Below are positions 1 through 9,313 of a stretch of 64,000 nt of DNA, one piece after another (within the stretch, counting starts at the first letter, position 1; every line of letters starts with the position of its first letter). The stretch is from the IMG/VR virus record IMGVR_UViG_3300022910_000004; one strand, written 5' to 3'. The position numbers and the translations under genes were made by a program. The stretch comes from a virus. Taxonomy: Duplodnaviria > Heunggongvirae > Uroviricota > Caudoviricetes. The notes below the pieces were generated by a model. The model had not been told where the DNA came from. It ran no database searches and saw only the letters and a program-made list of their open reading frames with translations.

Positions 1-315
1 ATAGGAAATAAAATTATGATTCGGGGCAATCATGATGAAAAGTTTACAACTGAACAATGGCTAACGGTATTCAAGTCTGTTGAGAGTTTGGTTAAGTATA
101 AAGAGTATTGGCTGTCACATCCACCAATTCACCCTGCTGAATTACGTGGTAGACAAAATATTCATGGACATGTGCATCACGCTTCCATTAGAAACACTTA
201 TACTAATGTGTATGATGATAGGTATATAAATGTGTCTTGTGAAGCAATAAACGAAACACCAATTTCATTAGATGAAATTCGGTATGGTACTTACTGGAAA
301 AATAAGAGGTGTTAA
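1..315 (+). CDS. calcineurin-like metallophosphoesterase, C-terminal part; gene truncated by window start
   Basis: ORF is open to position 1; GNHD and GHVHH phosphoesterase motifs lie near the start of the translated part, so the N-terminal motifs must be upstream of the window. Confidence 0.5.
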   Translation: MGNKIMIRGNHDEKFTTEQWLTVFKSVESLVKYKEYWLSHPPIHPAELRGRQNIHGHVHHASIRNTYTNVYDDRYINVSCEAINETPISLDEIRYGTYWKNKRC

Positions 316-529
316 TGTGTCAACAAGAATTCTAGTCGAAAAAAGAGGAATTATTAAGTGCCTTCCTAAATATATCCCTCAATATAGTGTAGGTGATGAA
401 TGGTTTGATATTGATACAATTGGATTTTTCAGTCAATGTGAGGCAGAGGCATGTATAGACAACTATCTGGAGGGGAAAGATCCTAGATATCCATATTATA
501 TTTCATACCCAGAAGGACAACCAGCATGA
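272..529 (+). CDS. hypothetical protein
   Basis: 85-aa ORF in the same-strand gene train. Confidence 0.4.
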   Translation: MKFGMVLTGKIRGVNVSTRILVEKRGIIKCLPKYIPQYSVGDEWFDIDTIGFFSQCEAEACIDNYLEGKDPRYPYYISYPEGQPA

Positions 530-819
530 GCTACGTCAAAAGATTATTACTTGGTGGTACTCATGCTGGGGAGGTGGTATCTGTGGATGAGAATAGGGAA
601 CACCTATACATGTCCTCAGTAATTAGATATCCCTCCTTTCACAGTTTGGCTGAAAACAATATATGTAATATGAGTTTGCCGCCAAGAGAATTGTATAGGG
701 AAATGACTCTTCGATCTAGCAAGTATGAGATAAAAGTTTTTGTTTTAGATGGATTAGATCCTATAGAAGAGCTACTTTCTGGGTATCGTCCAATTGCAAA
801 GGTGATAGCTGATGACTGA
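526..819 (+). CDS. hypothetical protein
   Basis: 97-aa ORF; ATGA overlap with upstream gene. Confidence 0.4.
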   Translation: MSYVKRLLLGGTHAGEVVSVDENREHLYMSSVIRYPSFHSLAENNICNMSLPPRELYREMTLRSSKYEIKVFVLDGLDPIEELLSGYRPIAKVIADD

Positions 820-1090
820 AGAACAAAAAGCTCTCCAAAGAGTTGTATGCGCAGCCAATCGTAACAAAGCAGGTTTTGTGCTTCTCGGCGCGAGACACTG
901 GGATAGTTGGATGTGTAAAACCATTGATGCTCTGGGTTATAATGACCATGATTGGGAACAGGGATTTATAGATCAATTTGGAAACTTCCTCACTCGGGAG
1001 GAGGCAGCAGTAATAGCCAAACAGAAAGACCAATTGAAAGGTATGTATAACACTGTTAGTGAAGCTTTATTTAGTGAACACTTATACTAG
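812..1090 (+). CDS. hypothetical protein
   Basis: 92-aa ORF; 4-nt overlap with upstream gene. Confidence 0.5.
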   Translation: MTEEQKALQRVVCAANRNKAGFVLLGARHWDSWMCKTIDALGYNDHDWEQGFIDQFGNFLTREEAAVIAKQKDQLKGMYNTVSEALFSEHLY

Positions 1091-1098
1091 GAGATTGA

Positions 1099-1560
1099 AT
1101 GAGACTTATAGTAGCAGGTGGGCGGGAGTTTAATAATTATAAATTCCTCTCCAAGAAACTGGACCGTATTCTCAGTAATACCAAGGGGCCTATAACCATA
1201 ATTAGCGGGGGTGCTCTTGGGGCTGACAAGCTTGGGGAGGATTATGCAGAAGATAACGATCTATCAATAGTTAGAATGCCTGCTGAGTGGGGTAAATATG
1301 GAAAGTCTGCTGGGTATAAACGTAATAAGCAGATGGCTGAAATAGCCACTCATTGTGTATGTTTCTGGGATGGAGAAAGTAAAGGTACTAAACACATGAT
1401 AGATATTGCTAAGGCTAAAGGATTACCCCTTAGGGTTGTTAAGTATAAGAAGCCCAAGAAAAAGGCTTCTGAGTATTTTATGGGGAATCCTCTGGATTAT
1501 GATATGAATGTTTGGGAAAATCAAATTACTGCCTATGACTTAGGCTATGATTGGGGATAA
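1099..1560 (+). CDS. SLOG-superfamily protein (DUF2493/YspA-like)
   Basis: Rossmann-like IISGGALGAD glycine-rich motif and overall size; assignment from memory. Confidence 0.4.
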   Translation: MRLIVAGGREFNNYKFLSKKLDRILSNTKGPITIISGGALGADKLGEDYAEDNDLSIVRMPAEWGKYGKSAGYKRNKQMAEIATHCVCFWDGESKGTKHMIDIAKAKGLPLRVVKYKKPKKKASEYFMGNPLDYDMNVWENQITAYDLGYDWG

Positions 1561-1783
1561 TATGAATACAAATAAAAAATATGGTGGAAAATTGAAGAAC
1601 TGTACTATGCCTCTTTTAGGAATATGGGTATGGGGTAATCTTTACGATGATCCAAACAAACGCTGGGAAGATGGTAAACAAGTACGTACCAGTGCTGTAG
1701 TGGCAATTGATGAAGAGAACAAGAAAATAGAAACATTAAACACAATTTATGATTATGAGGTAGCTGATTATGGGACCCCGTGA
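1547..1783 (+). CDS. hypothetical protein
   Basis: 78-aa ORF. Confidence 0.4.
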   Translation: MIGDNMNTNKKYGGKLKNCTMPLLGIWVWGNLYDDPNKRWEDGKQVRTSAVVAIDEENKKIETLNTIYDYEVADYGTP

Positions 1784-2130
1784 AGATTATGCAGTGATAT
1801 GCCAACACAACTTAAGTGAACTTACTCGTGAAGTGGAAGAATACCAGAAAAATGGTTGGAAATGCACTGGAGGCATTTGTGTGGTATCTGTTGCAGGATA
1901 TAGTTGTATGTTCTACCAAGCTATGGTTAAAATGATTTTTAGCTAACTGTTCATGAAACATGAACAAGGATATTTAATGAACATAAGAAAGAGATTAAAA
2001 CAAAGAGTTAAACCCTTAACGGAACGACAAAGAAATAGGAGAAGATGTGTAGAATTCTCTTGTATGTTAAGGAGAGTACTGGGGAAAAGATGGACAGTTC
2101 CATTTTCTGGTTATCACCCTTGGGTGGTTT

Positions 2131-2388
2131 GTGAGGCGGAAGTACATGAGTGAAGATCTAAAAGAATTTCAAGCAAAAATGCAAACTACATTAGAATGGG
2201 GCTCAAGTCCAACTATTGAAAATTTAAAGAGTTTGTCTGAAAAGCTGGGATATCCATTACAAGATATACCAACCCCAGTAGATACGAATGCAGTATTCAT
2301 GCATTTAGTGTCTATCCTTGCTGTTAAAATATCTACAGTAGAAAGCGAAGTGAAGTACTTAAGACGCCAATTAAGAAGAATTGGTTAA
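2131..2388 (+). CDS. hypothetical protein
   Basis: 85-aa ORF. Confidence 0.4.
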   Translation: MRRKYMSEDLKEFQAKMQTTLEWGSSPTIENLKSLSEKLGYPLQDIPTPVDTNAVFMHLVSILAVKISTVESEVKYLRRQLRRIG

Positions 2389-2456
2389 ATGGTTCATATA
2401 CAAACCCGTAAACCCTTTATTGGTACATATAAACTACAAATTGGTAAGGAGAGATA

Positions 2457-2609
2457 ATGATTAAAATATTAGGATTTGCTTTATTTGGGTTGGTATACGC
2501 GATAGCTCAACCAAATAAGACATTAAGTGAGTGGTGTACTATAGGATTATTCTTTGTCGGCTGGTGCTCATTGCTGGCTATAGTCGTAGCCTTTATGCCG
2601 ATTAAATAG
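2457..2609 (+). CDS. small membrane protein (50 aa, two hydrophobic segments)
   Basis: ATG at 2457 after an AGGAGA RBS; MIKILGFALFGLVYAIAQ...IGLFFVGWCSLLAIVVAFMPIK; below the ORF-track size cutoff. Confidence 0.35.
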   Translation: MIKILGFALFGLVYAIAQPNKTLSEWCTIGLFFVGWCSLLAIVVAFMPIK

Positions 2610-2618
2610 GAGAATAGA

Positions 2619-3110
2619 ATGAGTAAAGTGGTTTATGCACCAAATCCATCAAGCCATAAAGGGAATGGTATTAATGTATTTCTTGCCGGAAGTATTGATA
2701 TGGGTAAGGCTGAAGACTGGCAACCAGTAGTAGCCAATATCCTAGAACAACTGCAAGAAGTGGGTGAGATATACAACCCTAGAAGATTAGACTTTCAACC
2801 AGATGCAGTACAGTCGATTGATAATGCATATTTCACTCAGCAAGTGCTATGGGAACTAGATCATCTTGAAAAAGCTGATGTAGTATTTATGTACTTAGAT
2901 CCAGCGTCTAAAGCTCCTATATCCCTATTAGAACTTGGATTACTGGCCAGAAGTGATAAGCTGATAGTGTGCTGTCCAAAAGGCTTCTGGCGTAAAGGTA
3001 ATGTGGATGTACTGTGTAACAGAATGGGTATATGCGTACTCGATAAGATGGATACAGCCATAAAAGCTTTGTGCCATATAATTCACTGTAAATATCTTGG
3101 AATCTACTAA
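2619..3110 (+). CDS. nucleoside 2-deoxyribosyltransferase-like protein
   Basis: VFLAGSI near the N-terminus followed by a conserved W, typical of the NDT/Rcl family; GGAGAATAGA RBS before the ATG. Confidence 0.4.
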   Translation: MSKVVYAPNPSSHKGNGINVFLAGSIDMGKAEDWQPVVANILEQLQEVGEIYNPRRLDFQPDAVQSIDNAYFTQQVLWELDHLEKADVVFMYLDPASKAPISLLELGLLARSDKLIVCCPKGFWRKGNVDVLCNRMGICVLDKMDTAIKALCHIIHCKYLGIY

Positions 3111-3349
3111 TGAATAGATCAATGCGTAGACATCACAAACAAAGGATGAAACTAAAGTTCCGTAAAAGGAATAAGCTACACCATTATTGGGCTGATGGGG
3201 TTAAATCTGAAGGAATCTACTGCAAGACTAAATGTACTTGCTCTTGCTTTATGTGTGGTAATCCTAGGAAATGGGGTAAAGGTAGTAATACCAGAACCTT
3301 AACCAAAAGAGAAATCATAGCTAATGAACACCTGAAAGAAGAGAGATAA
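3110..3349 (+). CDS. small basic Cys-rich protein (possible zinc binding)
   Basis: CKTKCTCSCFMCGNPRKWGKG; Arg/Lys-rich N-terminus. Confidence 0.35.
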   Translation: MNRSMRRHHKQRMKLKFRKRNKLHHYWADGVKSEGIYCKTKCTCSCFMCGNPRKWGKGSNTRTLTKREIIANEHLKEER

Positions 3350-3424
3350 GATGCACATATTCCTCATATTTACTTTATTAGCATGTATTGGGGACTATAC
3401 GCATCTATGCTTAAGGGATAACTC

Positions 3425-3979
3425 CTATCCCTTATACCAATCCTTAACTAACTCCTGCCTATACGGATAATACCCAAGAAAGAAATACCTAGGATTAATA
3501 GCAAACATCCTATCCCCATCCTTATCCAATTCAATACCCACTTCCCTAATTAATCCGCTATCCTTCAAAGACTGTAAAGCAGAATAAACAGTAGTACGCC
3601 CACACCCAGTCCCTTTCAATATATCCCCTATACTGGTATACACTAAATTATTATACCCCACCTCTCTCCCTAAGTAGAAGAAGATACAAAGCTCTGAAGG
3701 GTGTACCTGCCTATCAATAGCTAAATCTAATAAACTTCCCCCCACCCATAGGTTATACCTCCTTTTACCAATCTTATAAGCCACAGCCTGATTAAACTTA
3801 ACCCTATTAGTAATGCTCATAATATCCAAGGGCTCTGAATACTCAACATCCCTAGTGATGCTGGTATAAGCCACTCTATCAATTAACTCCCCAGTCTCCT
3901 CATCTAGGCAAGTCTCCATCTGGTTACCATCCTCATCTGTGTAAACCGATAGTACACTAAGTCTATTCATATCCCTCAT
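3425..3979 (-). CDS. winged-helix DNA-binding protein, divergently oriented (candidate replication initiator or regulator)
   Basis: 184-aa ORF on the opposite strand; wHTH-like TGCGRTTVYSALQSLKDSGLI; located directly beside an iteron-containing non-coding region. Confidence 0.55.
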   Translation of the reverse strand: MRDMNRLSVLSVYTDEDGNQMETCLDEETGELIDRVAYTSITRDVEYSEPLDIMSITNRVKFNQAVAYKIGKRRYNLWVGGSLLDLAIDRQVHPSELCIFFYLGREVGYNNLVYTSIGDILKGTGCGRTTVYSALQSLKDSGLIREVGIELDKDGDRMFAINPRYFFLGYYPYRQELVKDWYKG

Positions 3980-3988
3980 TAACCCTCC

Positions 3989-4301
3989 AAAATATCATAG
4001 TGTTCGGTGGAGCGAACAACTCTTAAAATTCACAAATCAAAATATCTATATCTTTCAATAACTTGAAAAAGTGGCCTTTGTTTTGCTTATATAATAAAGC
4101 AACGCATTATTAGCACATGTAATTATCCCATTTTCCCCCCACAGAAATCAACTCATTTATATCTATTAAGAAATATTCTCAGATAGAAAATATCTATAGG
4201 AAGTACCTAAGTAGCGTCTCTCTGGGCATATCTATGGGCGAGGTGCTGAGCACTCCCCCATCGTGACATAAAAAATAATTCTACAATTCTAAAATATCAT
4301 A
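3989..4301. repeat. four direct copies of AAAATATC(A/T)ATA (iterons), plus partial ATCTATAGG copies out to 4640
   Basis: copies start at 3989, 4039, 4187 and 4291; spacings of 50, 148 and 104 bp are near-integral multiples of 10.4 bp; further partial copies at 4159, 4229 and 4631. Confidence 0.5.
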
Positions 4302-4783
4302 AAGGGCTTATTTAGTTTGGCTTAGTTATTGCTAGTGATTGAGCCTTTGATCATACTATAGTCTATACTTATGATAGTAAATCCTTAGATAAGTAATAAC
4401 TAATTGACAATAAACTAGATATAGTATTAGGGATACTAGATATAGGGCTTAACCAACCCCGAGGCTATAGATGAGCAACACATATGAGTGGTACTAGTAG
4501 ATAAGGCTCTATAGAGCGAGTAAATAGCTATAGGATAATAAGCTCTAGGCCTTGATAACACTAGTTTACAGCCATTTTAAGCTATCTGTATAAGACAGTA
4601 TTAGATTAGGTATTAATGAGCTATAAGACTATCTATAGGAGGTTTAAATAATGGTATCTTATGCTTATTCGACGGCATTACTGGCCTAGTGTGTAGATAG
4701 GTAACAAATAAGGGATATAATAGATAAATACTAAAGTATTTAATAAATAATCGAAAATAAATAGACATTTAGTGAAAATTAGC

Positions 4784-4811
4784 TTGCAAAGGGTAAAATA
4801 GGGCGTATAGT
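4784..4811 (+). promoter_or_regulatory. sigma70-like promoter candidate (TTGCAA-16-TATAGT)
   Basis: -35/-10 hexamers with 16-nt spacer at the right edge of the non-coding region, facing the downstream genes. Confidence 0.3.
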
Positions 4812-4878
4812 AACTACATAAGGTAGTTAATAACAGTAAGTAAACAGCAAGATAACCAGTAACAAGAGATAAGACATC

Positions 4879-5007
4879 ATGAAAAGATATTTATTTAGTT
4901 TGATGGTGATTGGTCTAGTAGCTCATGGGATAGGCTCAGTAGGGGCTAGTACAGTGACTAAGTACAATACCAACGTAGACGCTAAAATTGAACAAGCAAC
5001 CAAATAA
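4879..5007 (+). CDS. small secreted/membrane peptide (42 aa)
   Basis: MKRYLFSLMVIGLVAHGIGSVGAS... signal-peptide-like. Confidence 0.3.
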   Translation: MKRYLFSLMVIGLVAHGIGSVGASTVTKYNTNVDAKIEQATK

Positions 5008-5102
5008 GTAATAGGTGATTAAGATGACAGCATTAGTGATTATGACAGTATTGACTTTAGTTGTATTGGCTTCTATTGAAATAACGATCGAGGCTAAATA
5101 AG

Positions 5103-5447
5103 ATGACAACTTCAATTCAAGAGACAATCAAAGTTCTACAAGATCAAGCAGACAGTTGTATTTCTTTCCTTGCAAATCCTTGCCTATGTGATCAACCTTG
5201 TGTAGTGGGTCGTGATGGGCTTTGGATTAGTGATTTGGAAGTTGTAGACGGTAAAACAACAGGGAAGCATTCAATTACTAGTGACGCTACTAAAGCTCAA
5301 CGCTTTACAAGAGCTAACGCCGAAGTAATTGCAAACACTACACAAAACGGTAATGGCTTTTTTAAGGTTCAATCTAAAGCAATGGCTGTACAAGAATGTC
5401 TTGAAAGTACTAAATCAGCTCTATCAATGTTCGACAAAGTAATTTAG
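5103..5447 (+). CDS. hypothetical protein
   Basis: 114-aa ORF. Confidence 0.5.
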   Translation: MTTSIQETIKVLQDQADSCISFLANPCLCDQPCVVGRDGLWISDLEVVDGKTTGKHSITSDATKAQRFTRANAEVIANTTQNGNGFFKVQSKAMAVQECLESTKSALSMFDKVI

Positions 5448-5519
5448 TCTGTTTTCTCGCTAGTCTTGATAACACAGGGCTAGCCGGTAAATTGTACTAA
5501 CAATCACAACAGGTGAATT

Positions 5520-5855
5520 ATGACTACTCAACGTGACATAACTGTAGAAGTATTTAAGGCAAACGGTATTGGCTTCAATCATAACGCCTTTTTAGCTTTC
5601 TGGGATGATGGCTATAGAATTATCGCTATCAGGGATGAACATATAAATATCAATGATTTGTTACTATTAGCCGATAAGCTAAAAGAAAAAACCCGTATCC
5701 GTAAACAGGGCGCATGGGGTTGTGGTATTGCTTTGAATGGTGAGCCTATCTATGAAACTTTTATTTGGGGTTTTGTAGGGGATGATTATATCGGTAGTGG
5801 TTATGATATTGATCACATTACTGAATTGAGCAATAGACACGTGTTTAAGGGCTAA
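5520..5855 (+). CDS. hypothetical protein
   Basis: 111-aa ORF. Confidence 0.5.
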   Translation: MTTQRDITVEVFKANGIGFNHNAFLAFWDDGYRIIAIRDEHININDLLLLADKLKEKTRIRKQGAWGCGIALNGEPIYETFIWGFVGDDYIGSGYDIDHITELSNRHVFKG

Positions 5856-6023
5856 GGTGTAATATGGTAATTCCGAACTTAGAACAATTGATTAGTGTAA
5901 AAAGGGCCGCTAGTGGTTTTAAACTAGATGAGGAAGACATTTATTATCTGAAACAACTAGTCAAAATTATCGAACAACAGCAACAAAGTGCAGGTATAAC
6001 TCCAATCACTATAGGACAATAAA

Positions 6024-6227
6024 ATGGAATCTCTCCTATTAATAATGACCCTCTGTAGCCTCTCCACTGGTCAATGTGACAAGTATATTATTGACCAACA
6101 TCTGACTATAGAGGATTGCAATAAATACCGTATAGACACCCTTATTGCTCACTCTGAGGGTGAAAAGAAGGGCAAGTATGGCGGTTATATACAATCGTTA
6201 GATTGTACAATTGAGGATAATGATTAA
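6024..6227 (+). CDS. hypothetical protein
   Basis: 67-aa ORF. Confidence 0.4.
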   Translation: MESLLLIMTLCSLSTGQCDKYIIDQHLTIEDCNKYRIDTLIAHSEGEKKGKYGGYIQSLDCTIEDND

Positions 6228-6304
6228 TCAACCTTCTAACCTTTCTATAAGAGGTTAGCGGGGTGACTGTTCACCATCCAATTAATTTAAAGGAGATTTA
6301 TTAA

Positions 6305-6640
6305 ATGAAAAATGTATACAAACTATTTTTAGGTTTTGTAATGCTTGGCTTAATGGCTATGAATGCTAGCGCTAACACTTGGGGCGCACCTTGTCAAGTT
6401 TACCCTCATGGTGGTACGGGTGTTAATGCTCATGATTTTTTAAACCCCTCAAACCTTACCAATGCAACAGCAATTGCAAACTTTCACGGCTGGTTTACTT
6501 ACAACATCCAAGCACTTACTAGTGAGCAGTGTCAATCTGGAGCGGTTTGGACTTACTTTACATTTGATAGCAACCCACCACGCAATGGCGTAGGCGCTTA
6601 TACTGGTTATGTGCATTTTATGAGACAAGACTGCCCATAA
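6305..6640 (+). CDS. secreted protein with signal peptide
   Basis: N-terminal LGFVMLGLMAMNASA cleavage-like site; GGAGA RBS. Confidence 0.5.
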   Translation: MKNVYKLFLGFVMLGLMAMNASANTWGAPCQVYPHGGTGVNAHDFLNPSNLTNATAIANFHGWFTYNIQALTSEQCQSGAVWTYFTFDSNPPRNGVGAYTGYVHFMRQDCP

Positions 6641-6761
6641 TTAGTTATTACTAAACAATATAACACAAGGATGTGTTATGACAAAATAGTATTTGCATAG
6701 TTTGTATTTTTAGATAAACTTGTTAACAAGAGATAAGCAATTAACCTACTAGGAAAACATC

Positions 6762-7244
6762 ATGAAAACTAAACAATCTCATATTAAAGCAGTTTTTTCT
6801 AAAAGTGTAAGTAATGCCAAAAATTACTATAATGAAAAAGAGTTAATTTCACTCTATAAGATAATTGATAAAAAGACAGAAACTTGTGTAGTAGATTGTC
6901 GTGTCTATTCAGGGCGTAGTCGTAGTAGTTCCACCCTGTACGCTTCAATTTGGGTTAAGACTGGTGCTAAATGTAAACAACTTCCAAATGATTTTACTAG
7001 CGGTACAAGTTCGGCTGGTGGTTGGGGCTATGACAAAGAAAGCAGCGCAATAGCTGGTGCAATTGCAGATGCTGAAATAGGGCTTTTTGGTACTGCTTAC
7101 CCAAGATCTAGCTATTCTCAAGAAGATAAGAAAATAGATTTTAAGAAACGTGTTTATATTGGTGGTACTGGTTGCCATGAGGAAGCATTACTCGCTATAG
7201 CTTATGCAGCGGGTTATTCTGATTGCATATTAGCTAAATATTAA
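6762..7244 (+). CDS. hypothetical protein
   Basis: 160-aa ORF. Confidence 0.5.
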   Translation: MKTKQSHIKAVFSKSVSNAKNYYNEKELISLYKIIDKKTETCVVDCRVYSGRSRSSSTLYASIWVKTGAKCKQLPNDFTSGTSSAGGWGYDKESSAIAGAIADAEIGLFGTAYPRSSYSQEDKKIDFKKRVYIGGTGCHEEALLAIAYAAGYSDCILAKY

Positions 7245-7293
7245 TACCCAAATTTCCCAATAATCAATTTTTAATATATTAAAGGTAGATCTC

Positions 7294-7758
7294 ATGAAAA
7301 CACAAAAAACTGTAGGATTTTTAAGCCAACATCACATTAACGAAGTTAAAGCGCTTAGAAAGTTGGAGGCTTTTAATTTAGGTATTAAATACAATAAATC
7401 GTCAACTAAACTGCTGACGGTAAAAAGTAGAAAAGAATGTCTTTTTAAAATAGATCAAGATATTAGGGATTTATTTAATAATTCCGATTATTCAAATAGA
7501 ATTGTATTGAATTATCCCCAAAAAAGACAAACAAAACGTAGAATAGTAAATAATGTTTTACATAATTCTACTCTAGCTATTAAAAAGACTTTTGAACAAG
7601 CATTAACAAAAGAATCTTATATTAAAATGTTGGCCTCTCTATACCCCAATGAGTTTTCTAGCTCTGTTAGAGCGCCTAAAGCTGCTATTTGGAACAAATC
7701 AATGGCAGAACGTAAAGCACTGGGCCTTAAAGTTTGGGCTAACCCTTACACACGTTAA
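7294..7758 (+). CDS. hypothetical protein
   Basis: 154-aa ORF. Confidence 0.5.
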   Translation: MKTQKTVGFLSQHHINEVKALRKLEAFNLGIKYNKSSTKLLTVKSRKECLFKIDQDIRDLFNNSDYSNRIVLNYPQKRQTKRRIVNNVLHNSTLAIKKTFEQALTKESYIKMLASLYPNEFSSSVRAPKAAIWNKSMAERKALGLKVWANPYTR

Positions 7759-7850
7759 CTCTAAACTAATAGGAAATTTATACCTTTGTTGAGGTTAGCA
7801 TGTTATATATTTTATTCTTAATATTTTGTATTTATTTTGTTGCTAGCCTA

Positions 7851-7879
7851 TTGACATTCATTTTATTATGGATAATAAT
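7851..7879 (+). promoter_or_regulatory. sigma70-like promoter candidate (TTGACA-17-AATAAT)
   Basis: perfect -35 hexamer in an AT-rich 160-bp gap upstream of the 7919 gene. Confidence 0.35.
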
Positions 7880-7918
7880 GACCTTACTGTATGAAACAAT
7901 TTTAAATCAATTTAGGAA

Positions 7919-8209
7919 ATGATCATGAACAAACCAGCCACTAATGTATATCCTATAACTTCTCGTTTTGAATATAAAATTGTTAATTTAACTGAATTAA
8001 TTCAAGCCTTGCGTATTGCTTACGTTGCTGCTTGCAAGGCTATGGGACTCGCAAGAAAGCTTAAGAATAAAGCAGCTAATGCAAAGCATAGAAGCCGCGC
8101 AACAAGCCTTAAGAATAAGATTTATGGTGAGTTGAGAAAGTACGACAAAGGTACACTTTCAATTTTTGAATCAATAGCTTATCGTGGTGTATTGATTAAT
8201 AAATTTTAA
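7919..8209 (+). CDS. hypothetical protein
   Basis: 96-aa ORF. Confidence 0.5.
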   Translation: MIMNKPATNVYPITSRFEYKIVNLTELIQALRIAYVAACKAMGLARKLKNKAANAKHRSRATSLKNKIYGELRKYDKGTLSIFESIAYRGVLINKF

Positions 8210-8220
8210 TAGGTGATATT

Positions 8221-8436
8221 ATGTGTAATTACAGTCTAAAAGATGCATTAACTCTGGCTTTGCGGGACGGTGTAATAACTGCTTACGAATTTAATCAATG
8301 TGAAGAATTCACAGAAAAGACAATGTATTTTAATTCAAATCCACTAGCTAAAGACAACGGTGAATACTTAGAATTAGAAGAAAAAGTCAAGCCTATAGTT
8401 AATAAAGCTTGGAAAAATTTAGACAATTATATCTAA
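8221..8436 (+). CDS. hypothetical protein
   Basis: 71-aa ORF preceded by the conserved initiation motif TAATAGGTGATATTATG. Confidence 0.5.
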   Translation: MCNYSLKDALTLALRDGVITAYEFNQCEEFTEKTMYFNSNPLAKDNGEYLELEEKVKPIVNKAWKNLDNYI

Positions 8437-8447
8437 TAGGTAATATC

Positions 8448-8621
8448 ATGAATAACACAATTTACAAAATTATTGACCAAAAGAAAAATCAACAAGTCGG
8501 TCGTGATTATCAGGCGCATGAGCATCATTTGGCACTAAACAAAGCGGATAAACTAGACATTCAATGTAAAGAAGTTCGTTATGTTGTTGAAACTTTTCTC
8601 AAACAAGAAACCAAACATTAA
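8448..8621 (+). CDS. hypothetical protein
   Basis: start chosen at the internal ATG preceded by TAATAGGTAATATCATG (same motif as neighbours) rather than the track start 8409. Confidence 0.45.
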   Translation: MNNTIYKIIDQKKNQQVGRDYQAHEHHLALNKADKLDIQCKEVRYVVETFLKQETKH

Positions 8622-8632
8622 CAGGTGGTATC

Positions 8633-8875
8633 ATGGTTGTTTTTTGTAACAGTAAAATGCAGCAAATTTGGGATAAATACTATAGAGATTTACCAGATAG
8701 CCTTTTTATAGCAATTGTGACAGATTATATTAACGATAATTGTTGGCCTAAAAATACTATTTGGAATCTTTTAATAGGATATCAATTTTGTTTAGAAGAC
8801 AACCTATTACCAAAGAATAAAACACTGGACGAAATGATTTCTTTAATGGCTAGATCAAATTTATACAACTTTTAA
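8633..8875 (+). CDS. hypothetical protein
   Basis: 80-aa ORF preceded by TAACAGGTGGTATCATG. Confidence 0.5.
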   Translation: MVVFCNSKMQQIWDKYYRDLPDSLFIAIVTDYINDNCWPKNTIWNLLIGYQFCLEDNLLPKNKTLDEMISLMARSNLYNF

Positions 8876-8885
8876 GGTGAATTAA

Positions 8886-9146
8886 ATGAAAAAACTAACA
8901 GCTTCAAAACTAAATGAAATAGTTGGTTATCCTGTAAAAGTTAATAAGGGCGTGTTTACTGTAGCTAAACCTTATTTCTACAGAACATCAAGCCTAGGTC
9001 AATTTAGAGAACGATTGTCTGAAAAACTACAGGCTGCAAATTTAGAGGTAAAGTTTCTAGACGCGGGTAATGTCTCGAAACCGTTTAAAGGTGGTGCAAA
9101 CGTTTGGAATCAATCACATTATTTTATAAAGGTGGAAATACTATGA
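8886..9146 (+). CDS. hypothetical protein
   Basis: 86-aa ORF. Confidence 0.5.
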   Translation: MKKLTASKLNEIVGYPVKVNKGVFTVAKPYFYRTSSLGQFRERLSEKLQAANLEVKFLDAGNVSKPFKGGANVWNQSHYFIKVEIL

Positions 9147-9313
9147 AACAATCTATGACAAAGCAACAAAAAGAAGCTCATAAAAAATTGCGCAAATCTC
9201 GGAGAAATCCACGAGGCAAGCAATTTTTAGCAGCGTAATTGAGAAGTAAATTTCTCAATCATTTTAAAATTTAACAATTTTGAGTGTTTTACTGCTCAAC
9301 TAGAGGATTTATT

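Noticed and set aside
761-1033. Antisense ORFs inside plus-strand genes (761-1033, 1605-1808, 2861-3061, 2940-3122, 4936-5127, 6945-7178, 10119-10328, 13696-13890, 15345-15587, 16993-17399, 18458-18754, 19061-19261, 20564-20764, 21212-21442, 21982-22378, 22747-23001, 24934-25137, 25722-25961, 26230-26442, 27110-27367, 29123-30069, 30336-30557, 31108-31341, 32737-32928, 33309-34097, 35375-35557, 37875-38105, 39135-39353, 40352-40627, 41215-41415, 44220-44432, 46621-46845, 47813-48103)
   Set aside because: Each is fully embedded opposite a longer, motif-supported or well-coupled gene, with low-complexity or hydrophobic translations typical of AT-rich antisense frames
1953-2153. 66-aa Arg-rich ORF
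   Set aside because: Overlaps 2131-2388, has no RBS and an unusual composition; a 58-aa ORF at 1771-1947 is an equally plausible occupant of this gap, so neither was called
3350-3440. Hairpin AAGGGATA-ACTCC-TATCCCTT at the 3' end of the minus-strand wHTH gene, considered as a terminator
   Set aside because: No U-run follows it in the minus-strand transcript direction; may still be a processing or stability element
4100-4700. Possible T7-like phage RNA polymerase promoters (CTATAGG words)
   Set aside because: Only the CTATAGG core recurs; the upstream 12-15 nt of T7/SP6/K11-type promoters do not match, and no single-subunit RNAP gene is in the window
6226-6260. Hairpin TAACCTTTC...GAGAGGTTA upstream of the secreted-protein gene, considered as a terminator
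   Set aside because: Not followed by a T-tract on either strand
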